Assembly (NCBI GenBank): GCA_028534125.1
Contig: CM052817.1
Coordinates: 45,386,001 to 45,450,000 of the forward strand
Source of the DNA: Lama glama
Taxonomy: Eukaryota
Direction of reading: 5' to 3'
Length of the DNA stretch: 64,000 nt
The translations under genes and the position numbers were made by a program. The notes below the pieces were generated by a model. That model was not told the origin of the DNA and made no database searches. It saw only the letters and a list, made by a program, of their open reading frames with translations. Each line of letters begins with the position of its first letter. The stretch's first letter is position 1. Of the stretch, positions 12,609 to 24,772 are shown one piece after another.

Positions 12609-12704
12609 TCATTTGAAAATAAGGAAGACAACACTGACATATCTTATAAATGTACCATAGAATAATTTTGAAAACCTGTTACTAAACATTAAAATTAGTT
12701 AAGA

Positions 12705-15700
12705 GAACTTTGCTTCCAGCCAAGATGAAATAACAGAGACTGGATTGACTCTTATCTAAACAAAAACCAACACATGGTCAAAAGACATAAAAATAAGTTT
12801 TGAAGATAATGGACATCAGACAAGGAAAGCAGAGATCACAGAGAGATGGGAAACAAAGAGATGAGCCCTATGATCGCTCAGCTTACTGCCCTGATAGAGT
12901 TCCAGGCCTCAGTGCAAGGAGAGGAAACCCAGGCAGAGCTTGGTAAACTGAGCCAACGAGAAAGTGCAAAGCACCCAGGGAGACCAAGGTGGCTACAGTT
13001 CACAGGACAAAGTACTAGAAAGGAAAGAGCTGCACAGAGAGAGAACCTGGAGCTCTTCAGAGGCTCCCCTTCAAGTATTCCTCTGAGTCAGATCAGAGCA
13101 TGTGTGTAGGAAACTGCTCACGGCTGAGGGAGAGTGACCAGAAAAGATCAGGAGTGCCCTGAGCTCACAGGGAACAGACACCTCTCCCACCAGCCAGACC
13201 AGAATCATGGGGCACTGAGTGGAGTATACAAAAGGATATTGCCTCAGGAGTGGAGAACAAATAGTCCAAGGCTGAGCACTGTTCTAGTCTGCCTAACAAA
13301 GCAAAACCTGAAAGGATCAAACTGCCTCCAAATAACTTAACTACCCCAGAACAAAGCTCAAGAATACAGGATACAAAAATATCCAGCAAAGTAAAATCCA
13401 CAGTGTGTGGCACACAGAATTTACCAGGCATGCAAAGCAGCAGGAAAAAATGAGCCTTAATAAGAGATAAACCAATCAATAGAAACCAATCCAGAACTAG
13501 GAAATATTAGACATAGCAAACAAGGGAATTAAGAAAGTTATTAAAACTGCATTATATATGTTAAAAAGTTAAGTAGAGACATGAAAGACATAAAAAAGAA
13601 TAAAGTAGAACATCTAGAGATTAAAATTACAATGTGTGAGGTGAAAAATATTTGTAGAGACTTAATGGCAAATTAGACATTTCAGAAAAAAAGATTAGTG
13701 AAGGTGAAGATATAGCAACAGGAACTATCTAGACAGGACTACAGAGAGAAAAGGGAGTATTAAAAAAAAACAGAATAATTAATAGAGCATCAGTGGGAGG
13801 TGACAACTTCAGACAGCCTAGTATACATGTAACTAGACTCCCCAAAGGGGAAGGAAGAAAAGTTGAGGCAGAAAGAAGTATTTGAACAAATCATGGCCAA
13901 AAATTTTCCAAGTTTTATGAAAACTATAAACCCACAGATAAAGAAGCTCAGCAAATCCTAAGCACAAGAAACATGAAGAAAACTAAAGTGGGACACACCA
14001 AAATCAAATTCTTCAAAACAACTAGAAAAGAAAAATTCTTAAAAGCAAAGCAAAGAAAAAAAAGAACTGTTAGGTACAGAGGATAAAGATAAGCATGATA
14101 GTAGATTTTGATTAGAAACAATGTGTGTGAGAATGTAGTGGAGCAGCATCTTAAAAAATCTAAAAACAATCAAACCCCAACACTGTCAATCTAGAATTTG
14201 ATACCTAGTGAAAATATCTTTTAAAAAGGAAGACAAAATAATGACTTTTCAGACATTTAAAGGCTAAAAGAATTTATCACCAGTACAGCAGCACTGTAAA
14301 GAATTAAAGTAGACCTATTTGTCTTTTTATCTTTAAAGTGTGTTTTTTATAGGAAGCATGTACTTTTGGGTCTTGATTTCTTTTTAATATAATCTGATAA
14401 TTTCTGCCTTTTAATTGGATTATTTAGACCCTTTACGCTTAATATGATTATTATCACATTTCTTTATATTACTTTATGTCACATTACTTAATGTGATATG
14501 GTTTGGTTTAAACCTGCCACCTTACTTGTTTCCTATTTGTGCCATTTGTTCTTTGTTCTCATTTTATTCTTTTTCTGCTTCCTTTTGGATTAACTGAATT
14601 TTTTTTGATTCCATTTATCTCCTTTTTCTCACTCATTAGCCACAGCTCTGTGTATATAATAGTTAAATAGTTAACAGTTTAATAGTTAATAGCTATTTAA
14701 TAGTTGCTTTTGGGTCTGTAGCATCTGTCTTTAACTTACCACAAGCTATGTGGTAAGTGATACTATTCCACTTAACACAGAGTATAAGAATCTTCCCATA
14801 GTACACTTTCATTTCTCCTCTTCAACTTTTTTGCTATGCTGTTATGTATTTATTTCACTTTTACATATGCTATGAACCCCATACCACATTGGTATTATTT
14901 TTGTACTTTAAAGATAAAAAGACAAATAGGTTGAAAGTAAGGGTGGAAAAAGATATACTACAATAACTAATAAACAGAGAGCTAGAGTGGGTATATTACT
15001 ATCAGACAAAGTAGATTTCAGAGCAAAGAATATTACCAAGGATAAAAAGGGCCATTTCTTTATAATAAAGGGGTTAATTTTATCAAGACATAAGAATACT
15101 AAATATTTAGCATCTAATGCCAGTGCTGCAAAATGTAACAAGCAAAAACTGACAACTGCAAGGAGAATGAAACAAATCCAGAAGTATACTAGGGGAGTGA
15201 ACACCTCTCTCTCTCAATAACAGAACAAGTAGACAGAAACTCATTAAGATTGAAGACTTGAACATCATCAAACCATTTGACCTAACTGAAGATTCCAGCT
15301 AACATCAGCGGAATATACATTTTTTGCAAATGCATGTAGAACATCTGCCAAGATAAACTATATTCTAAGCTATAAGTCTTAAGAAATTTAAAAGCATTCA
15401 AGCCACACAATGTGTATTCGTGCTGATCACAACAGAATTAAGTTGGAAATTAATAATAGAAAGATATCTGGGAAATTCCCCAATATTTGGAAACTATATA
15501 GCACACTTCTAAATAACCCAAGGGTCAAATAACAAATCAAAATGGGATCTGGAAATATTTTGAATCAAGTGAAAATAAAAACATATCTAATTTGTGGAAT
15601 TAAAGCACAGGGAGAAATTAGTATCACTAAATGGCAAACATCAGAAAGGAAGAGGCTTCAAATCAATGACGTCAGCTTAAGAAACTAGAAATATGAGCAA

Positions 15701-18112
15701 ATTTTACTGAAATAAGTAGAAGGAAAGAACAAAGATGAGTAGAAATCAGTGAAGTAGAAAGCAAAAATAACAAAAAAGAAAAATGAGAAAGTCAATGAAA
15801 CCTAGTTCTAGACAAGATCATAAAACTGATATATCTCTAGGCAGACTGATCACCAATAAAAGAGAAAGAAACAAATTACTGATATCAGAAATGAAAGAGA
15901 TGGTATCACTACAGATTCTACATATATTGAAAGGATAATAAGAAAATGTTTTGAACAATTTTAAGCTAATAAACTTGACAACTGAAATAAAATGGACAAA
16001 TCCCTTCGAAGATATAAGCTACCAAAAAAACTTTCCCACAAAGAAAACTGTAGTCACAGATAACTTTACTGGGGAAGTTTACCAAATATTTATAGAAAAA
16101 ATAATTGCAACTCTATACAATATATTCCAGAAAACTGAAAAAGAACACAGTACTTTCTAACTTGTTCTTTGATGTTATTAGCATTATTCTAATATTGAAA
16201 CCAGGCAAAGACATTCCAAGAAAAGAAAACTCCAGACCAATGTCCACATACAAGAAAAAATTCTCAACAAAAAGTTATATCTAATCCAACAATACATATA
16301 AGGGATAATATCATGAAGAATTTATTCCAGAATGCAAGGCTGGTTTAATATTAAAAAAAATCAATTGATGCAACTAATCACATTAACAAACTAAAAAATA
16401 GAAACCTTATGATCTCTCAACAGGTACAGGAAAAGCACTTGACAAAACTGATATTCCTTTCTGATAAAAATTCTCAGCAAACTAGGAATAGAAAGTCACC
16501 TCCCCGGTGACGACATGGATAGACCTAGAGGGTATTATGTTAAGTGAGATAAGTCAGACAGAGGAAGACAAACACTGTATGACTTCGCTTATATGTGGAA
16601 TCTAGAAAAAAAAAAAAGAAAAAACATAACAAAGCAGAAAGAGAATTATAGATACAGAGAACAAACAGGTGGTTGCCAGAGGGGAGGAGGAGGGAAGAAA
16701 CAGGTGAAGGAGTAAGAGTTACAAACTTCCAGTTATAAAATAAACAAATCATGGGTATGAAATGTACAATGTGGGGAAAATAGTCAATAGCTACGTAATT
16801 TCTTTGTATGGTGATATATCATAACTAGACTTATTGTGGTGATCAGTTTGAAATATATAAAAATATAGAATCACTATGTTGTGTAACAGGAACTAACATA
16901 GTGTTACAGGTGAATAACAGTTCAAAAAAAACCAAAGAAACTCGTAGAAAAAAAGTTCAGATTGTGATTATCAGAGGCAAGGGATGAGGGGAGGGAGAAC
17001 TGGATGAAGGCAGTCAAAAAGTATAAGCTTCTAGTTATAAGAGAAATAAGTACTAGGGATATAGTGTACAACATGATAAATATAATTAACACTGCTGTAT
17101 ATTATATATGAAAGTTGCTAAGAGAGTAAATCCTAAGAGTTCTTATAAGAAAAAAGTTTGTTTCTCCTGTTTCTTTAACTTTGTTTTATATGAGATGATG
17201 GATGTCCACTAAACTTATTGTGATGATCATTTCATGATGTATGTAAATCAAATCATTACTGTACACCTTAAACTTATATAGTTCTTTAAGTCAATTATAT
17301 CTCAATAAAACTGGAAGAAAAAGGAGAAAGGCACTTGCTAAATCTGATAAACGGTATTTATGAAAAACCTACAGTTAACATCATATTTAATATTATATTA
17401 ATGTCTTTAATGGTGAAAAGCTGATGCCTTCCTCCTAATATCAGGTCCAAGACATAAAGATCAGTTCTCAGTACTTCTATTCTGCACAGCCTTGGAAGTT
17501 CAAGGTAGTGCAATAAAGCAAAACAAAGAAATGAAAGAAAGGCATTCATATTAGAAAGGAAGAATTTAAACTGTTTCTAATGACAGACAACATAATTGTC
17601 TATGTAGAAAATCGGATAACCTCAACAAAAAAGCTTTGATAATTAATGTGAGTTTAGCAAGTTTGACAGATACAAGATCAATAAAGAAAAGTCAATTTAT
17701 TTCCATATACTAACAGTAAATAAAACAATACCATTTAAAATAGCATCCAAATATACAAAATACTTAGGGATAAATCTGACAAAAGAAGTGAAAGACCTGT
17801 GCACTGAAAACTACAAAACACTGCTGAGAAGGTTTAAATAATTGAAGAGATATAATGAGTCTATGGGTTGAAAGACATAAAAATAGTCTTATTAAGATGT
17901 CAGTTCTTCCCAAATGGGTCTGTAGATTGAACACAATCCCAGCCAAAACTCTAGCAGGATTTTTGTAAAAATTTACAAGGTGATTCTAAAACTCATATAA
18001 AAATGCAAAGGACCTATAATATCCAAAACACCTTTGAAAAAGAATAAAGTTGAATGAGTAACATTGCCTGATTTCAAGAATTATTATTAAGTTACAGGAA
18101 CCAAGATAGTAA
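12705..18112 (+). mobile_element. Old long L1 (5' UTR, ORF1 and ORF2 relics), antisense to THAP6, with an internal inversion (14313-14904) and a nested L1 3' end
   Basis: ORF1-like (IMAKNFP..MKTINPQIKEAQ) and ORF2-like relics (ILLSDKVDFRAKNITKDKKGHFFIIKG, DNFTGEVYQIF). Heavily disrupted. Confidence 0.88.
16508..17322 (+). mobile_element. L1 3' end nested in the older L1 ORF2
   Basis: Begins at the ORF2 C-terminal TWIDLEGIMLSEISQ and ends ctcaataaaa plus an A tail. Host ORF2 resumes afterwards. Degenerate TSD agaaagtcacct / agaaaggcactt. Confidence 0.8.
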
Positions 18113-18555
18113 AACAGATTTGGATTTCAGGTCTGGTTCTCACATGAAAAGGCAATGAGATGAATGAAATAAATGCAAGCTTCAATACTCGATAATGTGT
18201 ATGATTCTTCTTCAAGAAAACCTAAAAACAACTATTTTTTAAATTATATATTTTCATATAGGAAGTATGACATCTAAAGGGAGGAATTAATTATTGCATT
18301 TTTATGGTTGAAATAGCCTTGTGAAAGTACTCTTTGAACTAAATATATAAGAAAAGATTAACTACCTGTGTATTATTATTGCAAATATATAAAACTATAA
18401 TGGCCCTGGGAAGCAATATTATTTTTTAATATTACATATTTAAAAAACCCTCATCTCCTCGTTGTTCAATGTGATTATGAAAAGCTTAATCCTAGTGGAG
18501 AGGACATGTTCATCTTAAAAATATCAACACTAGCCCAGTAAGTAGTTTTACTTAC

Positions 18556-18681
18556 AAAAGTGAACTGGGACTGGAATTCTTCAGTACCTGAGGAAGCACC
18601 AACAAGCTGGTGATTGTGGTTTGTGACTGGAAGGGTTTTGAGGGTGAAGTTTTTCCTACAATGAAGCTTTTCTTTTTTCCC
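18556..18681 (-). CDS. THAP6: THAP6 coding exon 3 (GKKEKLHCRKNFTLK...EEFQSQFTF)
   Basis: taacag acceptor and gtaagt donor. 126 nt, phase 0-0. Resembles the remembered human THAP6 linker. Not in the ORF track; read by hand. Confidence 0.94.
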
Positions 18682-18929
18682 CTGTTAAGAATAGTTAATA
18701 ACAATCATTGTAGATACCTTTGTCCTTACATAATTGTCCTTATATAATAGTTAAAATAGTATACCACTCTTTTGGAAAAATCTGAATAGATCAAGTGGAG
18801 AAAAGCCTTTAGGATAAAAAATGGAATTCTGAGTAAGTGGAGGAAGGCTATAAATCATGAAAAAATGAACTAATTAAGAAAAACAGTTATATCCTTTATA
18901 TATAATAAACCACAATGAAATTCTATGTA

Positions 18930-20310
18930 CTGAAAAGGTATGTAAGAATGAAAACCATGAGGAACCAGAAAAATATATGGGAAATATTTATATAATCTTA
19001 AGGTGGGGAAGGCTAAAGTTAGATAGCACAAGAGAAAACACAGAACTACTTTTAAAAAGTCTGAATTTCAAAAAACAAAACAAACCAACCCCATAATTAG
19101 AACTAAAAATAAGAAAAAATAACTGCAACATAGATGGCAGTTAAATGATTCAAATCCTTAGTATCTAGTGTTGTTACAAAACAGCTTAGAAAAAGATGAA
19201 AACAAAAGAGGACCTGAATAAGTAATTCACAAAAGAAGAAATACAAATGTCTACTAAACACATGAAAAAATGTAGAAACTCACTAACATTTAAAGATAAA
19301 TTAAAATAATAAGATGCCATTTTTGCCTATCAATTCTAGCAAAGGTTAAAAACACAACTTATACTAAGGATTAGGGTGGACAGATACTTTTAAGCATTAC
19401 TGTGGGCTTTTGGGAGGTCTGTATCAAAAGCCAAATCCTTTAAAGTGTGTATAATTTTTGACTCAACAAAATTTATTTCCAGGAATTCAGTTTGAGGAAG
19501 TAAGGCTATCTACATAGATTCAACTACAATAATGTTCATCATAATGATGTTTAAAATAGTGAAAGATGACAACCTATATACAATAGAGGGGACTGATTAC
19601 AATAAACTGTTGTTCATACATATGATCAACTGCTATATGGTCATTAAAAACACTCTGCAAAGATGACACCACCAAGTACTAGCAAGGATTCAGAAGTAGA
19701 GGAACTTTTATAAGCTGATGGTGGTTCTACAAATTGGCAAAGCCACTTTGGAAAACTATGGCAATATCTACTCAGGCTGAACCCTAGGACCAAGCAAATC
19801 TACTTCTAACAGAAGTGTACACATACTCTGTAGAAATGCGTACGTAAGTGCATTAAAACATGGACAAAAATGTTTGTAGTTGCACTGTTCATAATAGCCC
19901 CAAGTGAAACAATCCAAATATTCACCAACAGGAGAATGGAGAAATTATATCTTGTTTATACAATGGAATATTATAGCACAAAGATAATAAATGGACTAGT
20001 ATCACATGTTACAATGTGGATAAATCACATGCACAAAATGTTGAGCTGAAGAAGCCAGAGTACAGAGTACCTACCGTATGACTCCATTTCTATAACTGAT
20101 AGGGTAGAAGCCAGTGGTTACCTTTGGGGCTGTAGTGATTGGGAAGGAGCATGAGGGAAGCTTCTGGGTCACTGGTAATATTCTGTATCTTGGTCTGAGG
20201 GGAGTTACATGAGTGTATTCACTTCGTGAAAATTCACTGGTCTATACACTTAGGGTGTGTGCACTTTTCCACACACATGTTATATTTCAATAAAAAGTTT
20301 AGTTAAAAAG
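18930..20310 (+). mobile_element. Old L1 (L1MD/ME-like) 3' fragments
   Basis: Degraded ORF2 C-terminal and 3' UTR motifs ending tatatttcaataaaaag. Confidence 0.65.
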
Positions 20311-20365
20311 TTTATTTTCTATGTAGGTTTCTCTTAAAAATGTGATCCATAAAGCTGTAACACAA

Positions 20366-20513
20366 TCCTGTGAGGTGCTTGTTAAAAAGTGCAGATTCCT
20401 AGACTCCAAACCAAACTTACTGAATCAAATTCTTTGGGAGAGAGGCACAGGATTCTGCATTTTAAACAAGTTCCCTGGAAAATGCTTATGTAGACTAAAG
20501 TTTGAAAGCCACT
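20366..20513. mobile_element. MER5-like hAT-Charlie MITE fragment
   Basis: cttgttaaaaagtgcagattcct...tgcattttaaacaagttccc...aaagtttgaaagccactg. Confidence 0.75.
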
Positions 20514-20544
20514 GTTGTGAAAAAATATTTCACATCATGGAAAA

Positions 20545-20784
20545 TAGTAGATAAGAGTGAACTTTGGAGCCATAATGCCTGGGTTCAAATCCAGCCTCTG
20601 CCATTTAACAGCAGTGTGACCTGGGGAAGGAATACCAACTTTCTGTGCCTAAGTTTCCTCAAGTGGTCAATGAGAATAATAATAGTATTTATTTCTTATG
20701 TTGTTGTGAGGACTAAATGAGTTAATACATATGTAAAGTGCTTAGAATAGTGTCTGGCACACAGTAAGCACTATATGAATGTTA
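20545..20784 (+). mobile_element. MIR SINE, near full length
   Basis: B box ggttcaaatcc, core, and 3' end gcttagaatagtgtctggcacacagtaagcact. Confidence 0.88.
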
Positions 20785-21912
20785 AAAAAAGGAAGAAATA
20801 TATAAAAAAGGATATACAATATAATTATTTTTGTAAGAATATATAACACAGATGACTTTACATACAAACATACACAAACAAATGACATCAGAGTATTATC
20901 TCTGGATTATGTGATTATTGTTAATTTTTCTTTTTTGATTGTATCCATCTAATTTCCTATAACGAAAAATATCTTTGTTATTAGGAAAGAGTTCTTGAAA
21001 GTAATTTATGGTTTATTTCACTTATTATGTTCATACTTCTTAAGGTCCTCTTAATATTATAGATGACACCTTGCTACAGGAAAGAAACTCCTTAGAGCAA
21101 ATTGTACAGGATACTGTACATTTACTAACATGGAAAACAGTGAAGCAGTCTCTACTTGATAATGCACGTGTTGCAATATGAACAGCTGCGGAGAGTGACC
21201 AAGACTTCGTGGGAGTAGGCACACTTCTGGACTACTCCCTTGTTTCCAGCTGTCAGGAGGGAGATACTTTTCAATGGAGGTTCATTACTATTGTTGTGGG
21301 AACTCACAGGCTCTCCCTGAAATGTCCACATTGGAATCAGTCTGGAAGCAAATACACTTTCAGGTACATAGTCAAGAGAGATATTGAGGGTGAGGCAGCC
21401 CACTCTGGGCACTAATATCACTGAGAAAAAACAGATAATTCACTAGAGTTTACTTAATCCTTCTCTTTTCTTTTTCTGATCTTTTCTCTCCTTTCCTTCT
21501 CCTGTCCTTATTTCTTTTGATTTTTTTCCTTTTAGTCCTACCTAGGTGTTAAGCTTGAATGTATGTGGCTCTAAAAGTATATTTTGGGACTGTTAGAAGC
21601 TCTGCTCTAGACTTCTGCTCTAATGTGAAGAGGACTGCCAACTTGGAACTTCAGTTCAACCCTCTTATGTTCCTCCATTTTCTGACACAAATCTCGAGCT
21701 GTATCAATTCCTAAGGTCAGTCCCCTTCACCAAACCTTAGTAATGTACAGCTGTTTCTGAGTGGCTACTGGTAAAATACTCCTATTATTTTTTGCAAAAG
21801 CTGAAATAGCAGTTTATGCATCTAAAAACTTGAAGAATGGACTTCAAATTAATAAGCAAACAATAAAAATGTTAGCAAGTATGAAGGTTCTTAAATAGTA
21901 TCATAAAAAGTA

Positions 21913-22007
21913 ATAAACAAGTTTATACTGTATAGAACAGGAAACTATATTCAAAATCTTATATTAACCTATGATGAAAAAGAATATGAAAACAAACAAA
22001 CAAAAAA
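21913..22007 (+). mobile_element. Short young L1 3'-UTR fragment ~30 bp from the THAP6 donor at 22040
   Basis: Close match to 3366-3448 in this window. (CAAA)n tail. Confidence 0.75.
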
Positions 22008-22039
22008 TTAGTAATGGTAAGTAGCATCTCATCACAAAC

Positions 22040-22247
22040 CTGTAAGTGAGATGGGGAATCAAAGATAGAAGGTATGACTCCAGGTTTCAGTTTAATATTT
22101 GGAGCACTTCTGTCAAAATCTGTCTTCTTAAAGTGCCTTGAACACAACACATCTCCTTTTTTAGGCTCCCAAATGCCTGCAGCATTCACATCAAGTCTTT
22201 TCATTGCTAATACCCATTTTCTTTTGACCTTTTCATCTGTTGGGAAT
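22040..22247 (-). CDS. THAP6: THAP6 coding exon 2 (FPTDEKVKRKW...VLCSRHF...PGVIPSIFDSPSHLQ)
   Basis: Contains THAP core residues (P29, W38, C62, H65, F66) and the AVPTIF-like box VIPSIF. ttctag acceptor, CAG/gtttgt donor. 208 nt, in frame. Confidence 0.97.
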
Positions 22248-23432
22248 CTAGAAAAAATACACAAAATATTTTAGAATTAAACACTATTGATATACACTTG
22301 AATTAAGGCTGTGATTACATTGATTCTTTAGTTTGTTACTATTTTCAGGAACTAGAATATTTAGGAAACCATCATGATTCATGCTGTCATAACTTTCAGT
22401 TTTAACAGTCAGATCTTTGTACCAAACATGCTGCAGGCAGATGGCCCTTGTTTAAATTATACTCATGTCATAAAAAAGAAAAATTTCAAAGAATATTTAA
22501 CACTTTATAGTAAGATCCACAATTGAAGGTTTTTCTTGGTGATAAAGAATATCACTTGAGCCTTTTCCTATCTGAGGAATTTATCTCAGAGACACTTGTT
22601 CTTTCATTCCTCTGACAGCATCAAAAAAATTGCTTAGTACAGCATTTTATAGAAAACGGGTCTATAAATGCTTAGTGAATGAATGCAGAGAACACCTGCA
22701 GAGTTCGGAGTTCTGGAGATCAGCACTAGTCCTTTTGAGATCTGGAGGCCAATAACTGTATCTTTTCCGATTTTCCATGCTGGTTCAAATCCTTTTTGGA
22801 ACAAGGTAGGGTACACATACTCATTTTTGATTTTCTCTTAACCTAGCAAAGTAGTTAGCAGATCTTTCTCTAGCACACAGCACAGTCCGTGGTACAAAAG
22901 CAACAAAATGAACCTTTAGCAAATGAGTAATTATTAAATCTTATTGCTCCTTCTTTCCTATGCCAGAAGAATGGCTAAAATACCAAATTAGGACCATCTT
23001 GATTTCTCTGCAATACACCTAAAGAACACTTGGACTGAATTTGTAACTTACATTTTCTTTCTCTACAACATAAGCTTCATCTATTTCTAAATAGAAAGGA
23101 TAGAATATAATTGGGCAAAGATCATTCAGATTGTAAACTACATGTAAACAACACTGAATTTCTTTGAAGGTATGTTAAGATGCAAAGTAACAATATTTGC
23201 AAAAATGAGTTTGATATTTTTGTTAATCAGCTGGTGATACCTTGTCAAGTATCTTAAGTTCCCAAACTAAATTGTAAACGGGTAAAAGTATCACTGCCAC
23301 TTCCAATTCAACTAAAAAGGTTATTTAAAGAGAACTTGGGAACGAAAGTTCAAACTTGAAAATTTAAAGAGAACTGTCTTTTGCTTTTTCTAACATTCAA
23401 AAGTACTTGGTTTAACTGCAGCAAAATCTTAC

Positions 23433-23512
23433 ACGTGAAATGTCAGTCCTTTTAACTTGGAATTTGGTAAACAGCGAGAAGCACATCCAATGGCCGAGCA
23501 ACATTTCACCAT
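23433..23512 (-). CDS. THAP6: THAP domain-containing protein 6, first coding exon (MVKCCSAIGCASRCLPNSKLKGLTFH-V); whole exon 23433-23535
   Basis: ATG at 23512 in strong Kozak context (ATCATGG). THAP N-terminus with C5 and C10. Acceptor tttcag before 23535, GTAAG donor after 23433. 80 nt, phase 2. Confidence 0.96.
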
Positions 23513-23829
23513 GATTTTAGCAACTCATAACAGAACTGAAAGAAAATTAAGAGGGCAAGAGTTAGTAACTTCAAAGCTAGGGGGACAATATTTACCTTTC
23601 CCAGTATGTTCCAGTACGTTTTAGGTAACATGAAATCACGTTACAAAGCCAAAGGCAAAAATTTTCTTCCAACACCTGCACCTTTGCTCATAAAATTTTC
23701 TCTGGGTTTGGCTCTTTAATAGGGCAAGTCATATTAGCTATGCACTGAGGCGCCTGATTTCAGTTTTAAAGGCTGATACGTTTCCTTTCCACTGCATTTT
23801 ACAGGCACGACGTTCTCTCTGCCACAAGG

Positions 23830-24140
23830 CCTTGTCACACTAGCTCCTCCTCAGCCTTCAGCTCAAGTGCTGCTTCCCCAAGGACACCTTCCTTGACACC
23901 CAGATTAAGTCAGAGCCCCTCTGGTACCAGCTCTTGAGGAACACACACTTCTTCCTAGCACTTCTCAAGGCTGTAATCCTACATTTATTTCAGAGATTCT
24001 CTGATGAACACCTTTCTCCCCTACCAGTCTGTGAGTTCATGAAGCCATGGTGGGGCGTGTTTTTTTTCCTTTTGTCCCCACGGCGTAGCTGGTGATTGGT
24101 ACGTAGTACTTGTTAATATATATTCTGAAGGTATGAACAG
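23830..24140 (+). mobile_element. L2 3' fragment
   Basis: cttcagctcaagtgctgcttcc...ccttccttgac...ctgtgagttcatgaag, L2-like. Confidence 0.6.
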
Positions 24141-24449
24141 GAAGTAAAGGGGAACGGGACCTAAGCAAGGTGTTCACTGCGATGGAGAGCACCTGGGCGC
24201 CCAGCAGAGGCGGCTACCCGCTCGGAGACAGGAGACAGGGCCGAGCTCCGCCCCATTCTCGAGGCTCCGGCCGCCGCCGGGCGAGGGCGGGGCCGCCCTG
24301 TCACAAGTGCGGATGCGGCTGGAGGCCGGCCCTTCCCCAGGGACCACCGAACGTCTCCGCGCCGCTGCGGTTCTCCTCGCCCCGAACCACGCCCAGGGTG
24401 TGGGCGGGTAGCGATGGAGGAAAAGGAAAAGCAACCTAAGAGTTATTAC

Positions 24450-24520
24450 CGTTAGCAGCGAAAGCCGACTAACGCCGACGACAGAGATTGCGTCTCCCTT
24501 CGCTTCCGGCCCGTCGTCCT
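24450..24520 (-). other. THAP6: Probable THAP6 non-coding exon 1 (5' boundary unknown)
   Basis: Donor-like ACG/GTAATA on the - strand at 24450/24449 inside the CpG island. The first coding exon has an acceptor, so an upstream exon is required. Confidence 0.55.
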
Positions 24521-24682
24521 GGGAACCGGAAATCCGGCTGCCCCGGGTCACGTGATCCACCGCCATCTTGGTTCCGGTGGCAGCTGCAGCCGGGAAGGGG
24601 TGGGCTAGAGCGGTGCTGCTGCTGCGGGCTCAGTTTTCATCCTCGGGGAAGGGTTCTTGGATTGCGAGGGGAGGTGGAGGAG

Positions 24683-24772
24683 ATGGCGGCCTCGGCGCGG
24701 GAAGATGGCGCCCGCGGAGAGGAGCAAGGGCAGCGGGGCTGCGAGCATTATGACAGAGGATGTCTCCTGAAG
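24683..24772 (+). CDS. RCHY1: RING finger and CHY zinc finger protein 1 (Pirh2 E3 ligase), exon 1 (MAASAREDG...GCEHYDRGCLLK)
   Basis: ATG in GAGATGG context. CHY motif CEHY. AAG/gtgacg donor. 90 nt. Confidence 0.96.

Noticed and set aside
11765..23512. THAP6 as an active P-element-like transposase
   Set aside because: It has only the THAP domain, HCF-1 motif and coiled coil. No catalytic domain or terminal inverted repeats were seen.
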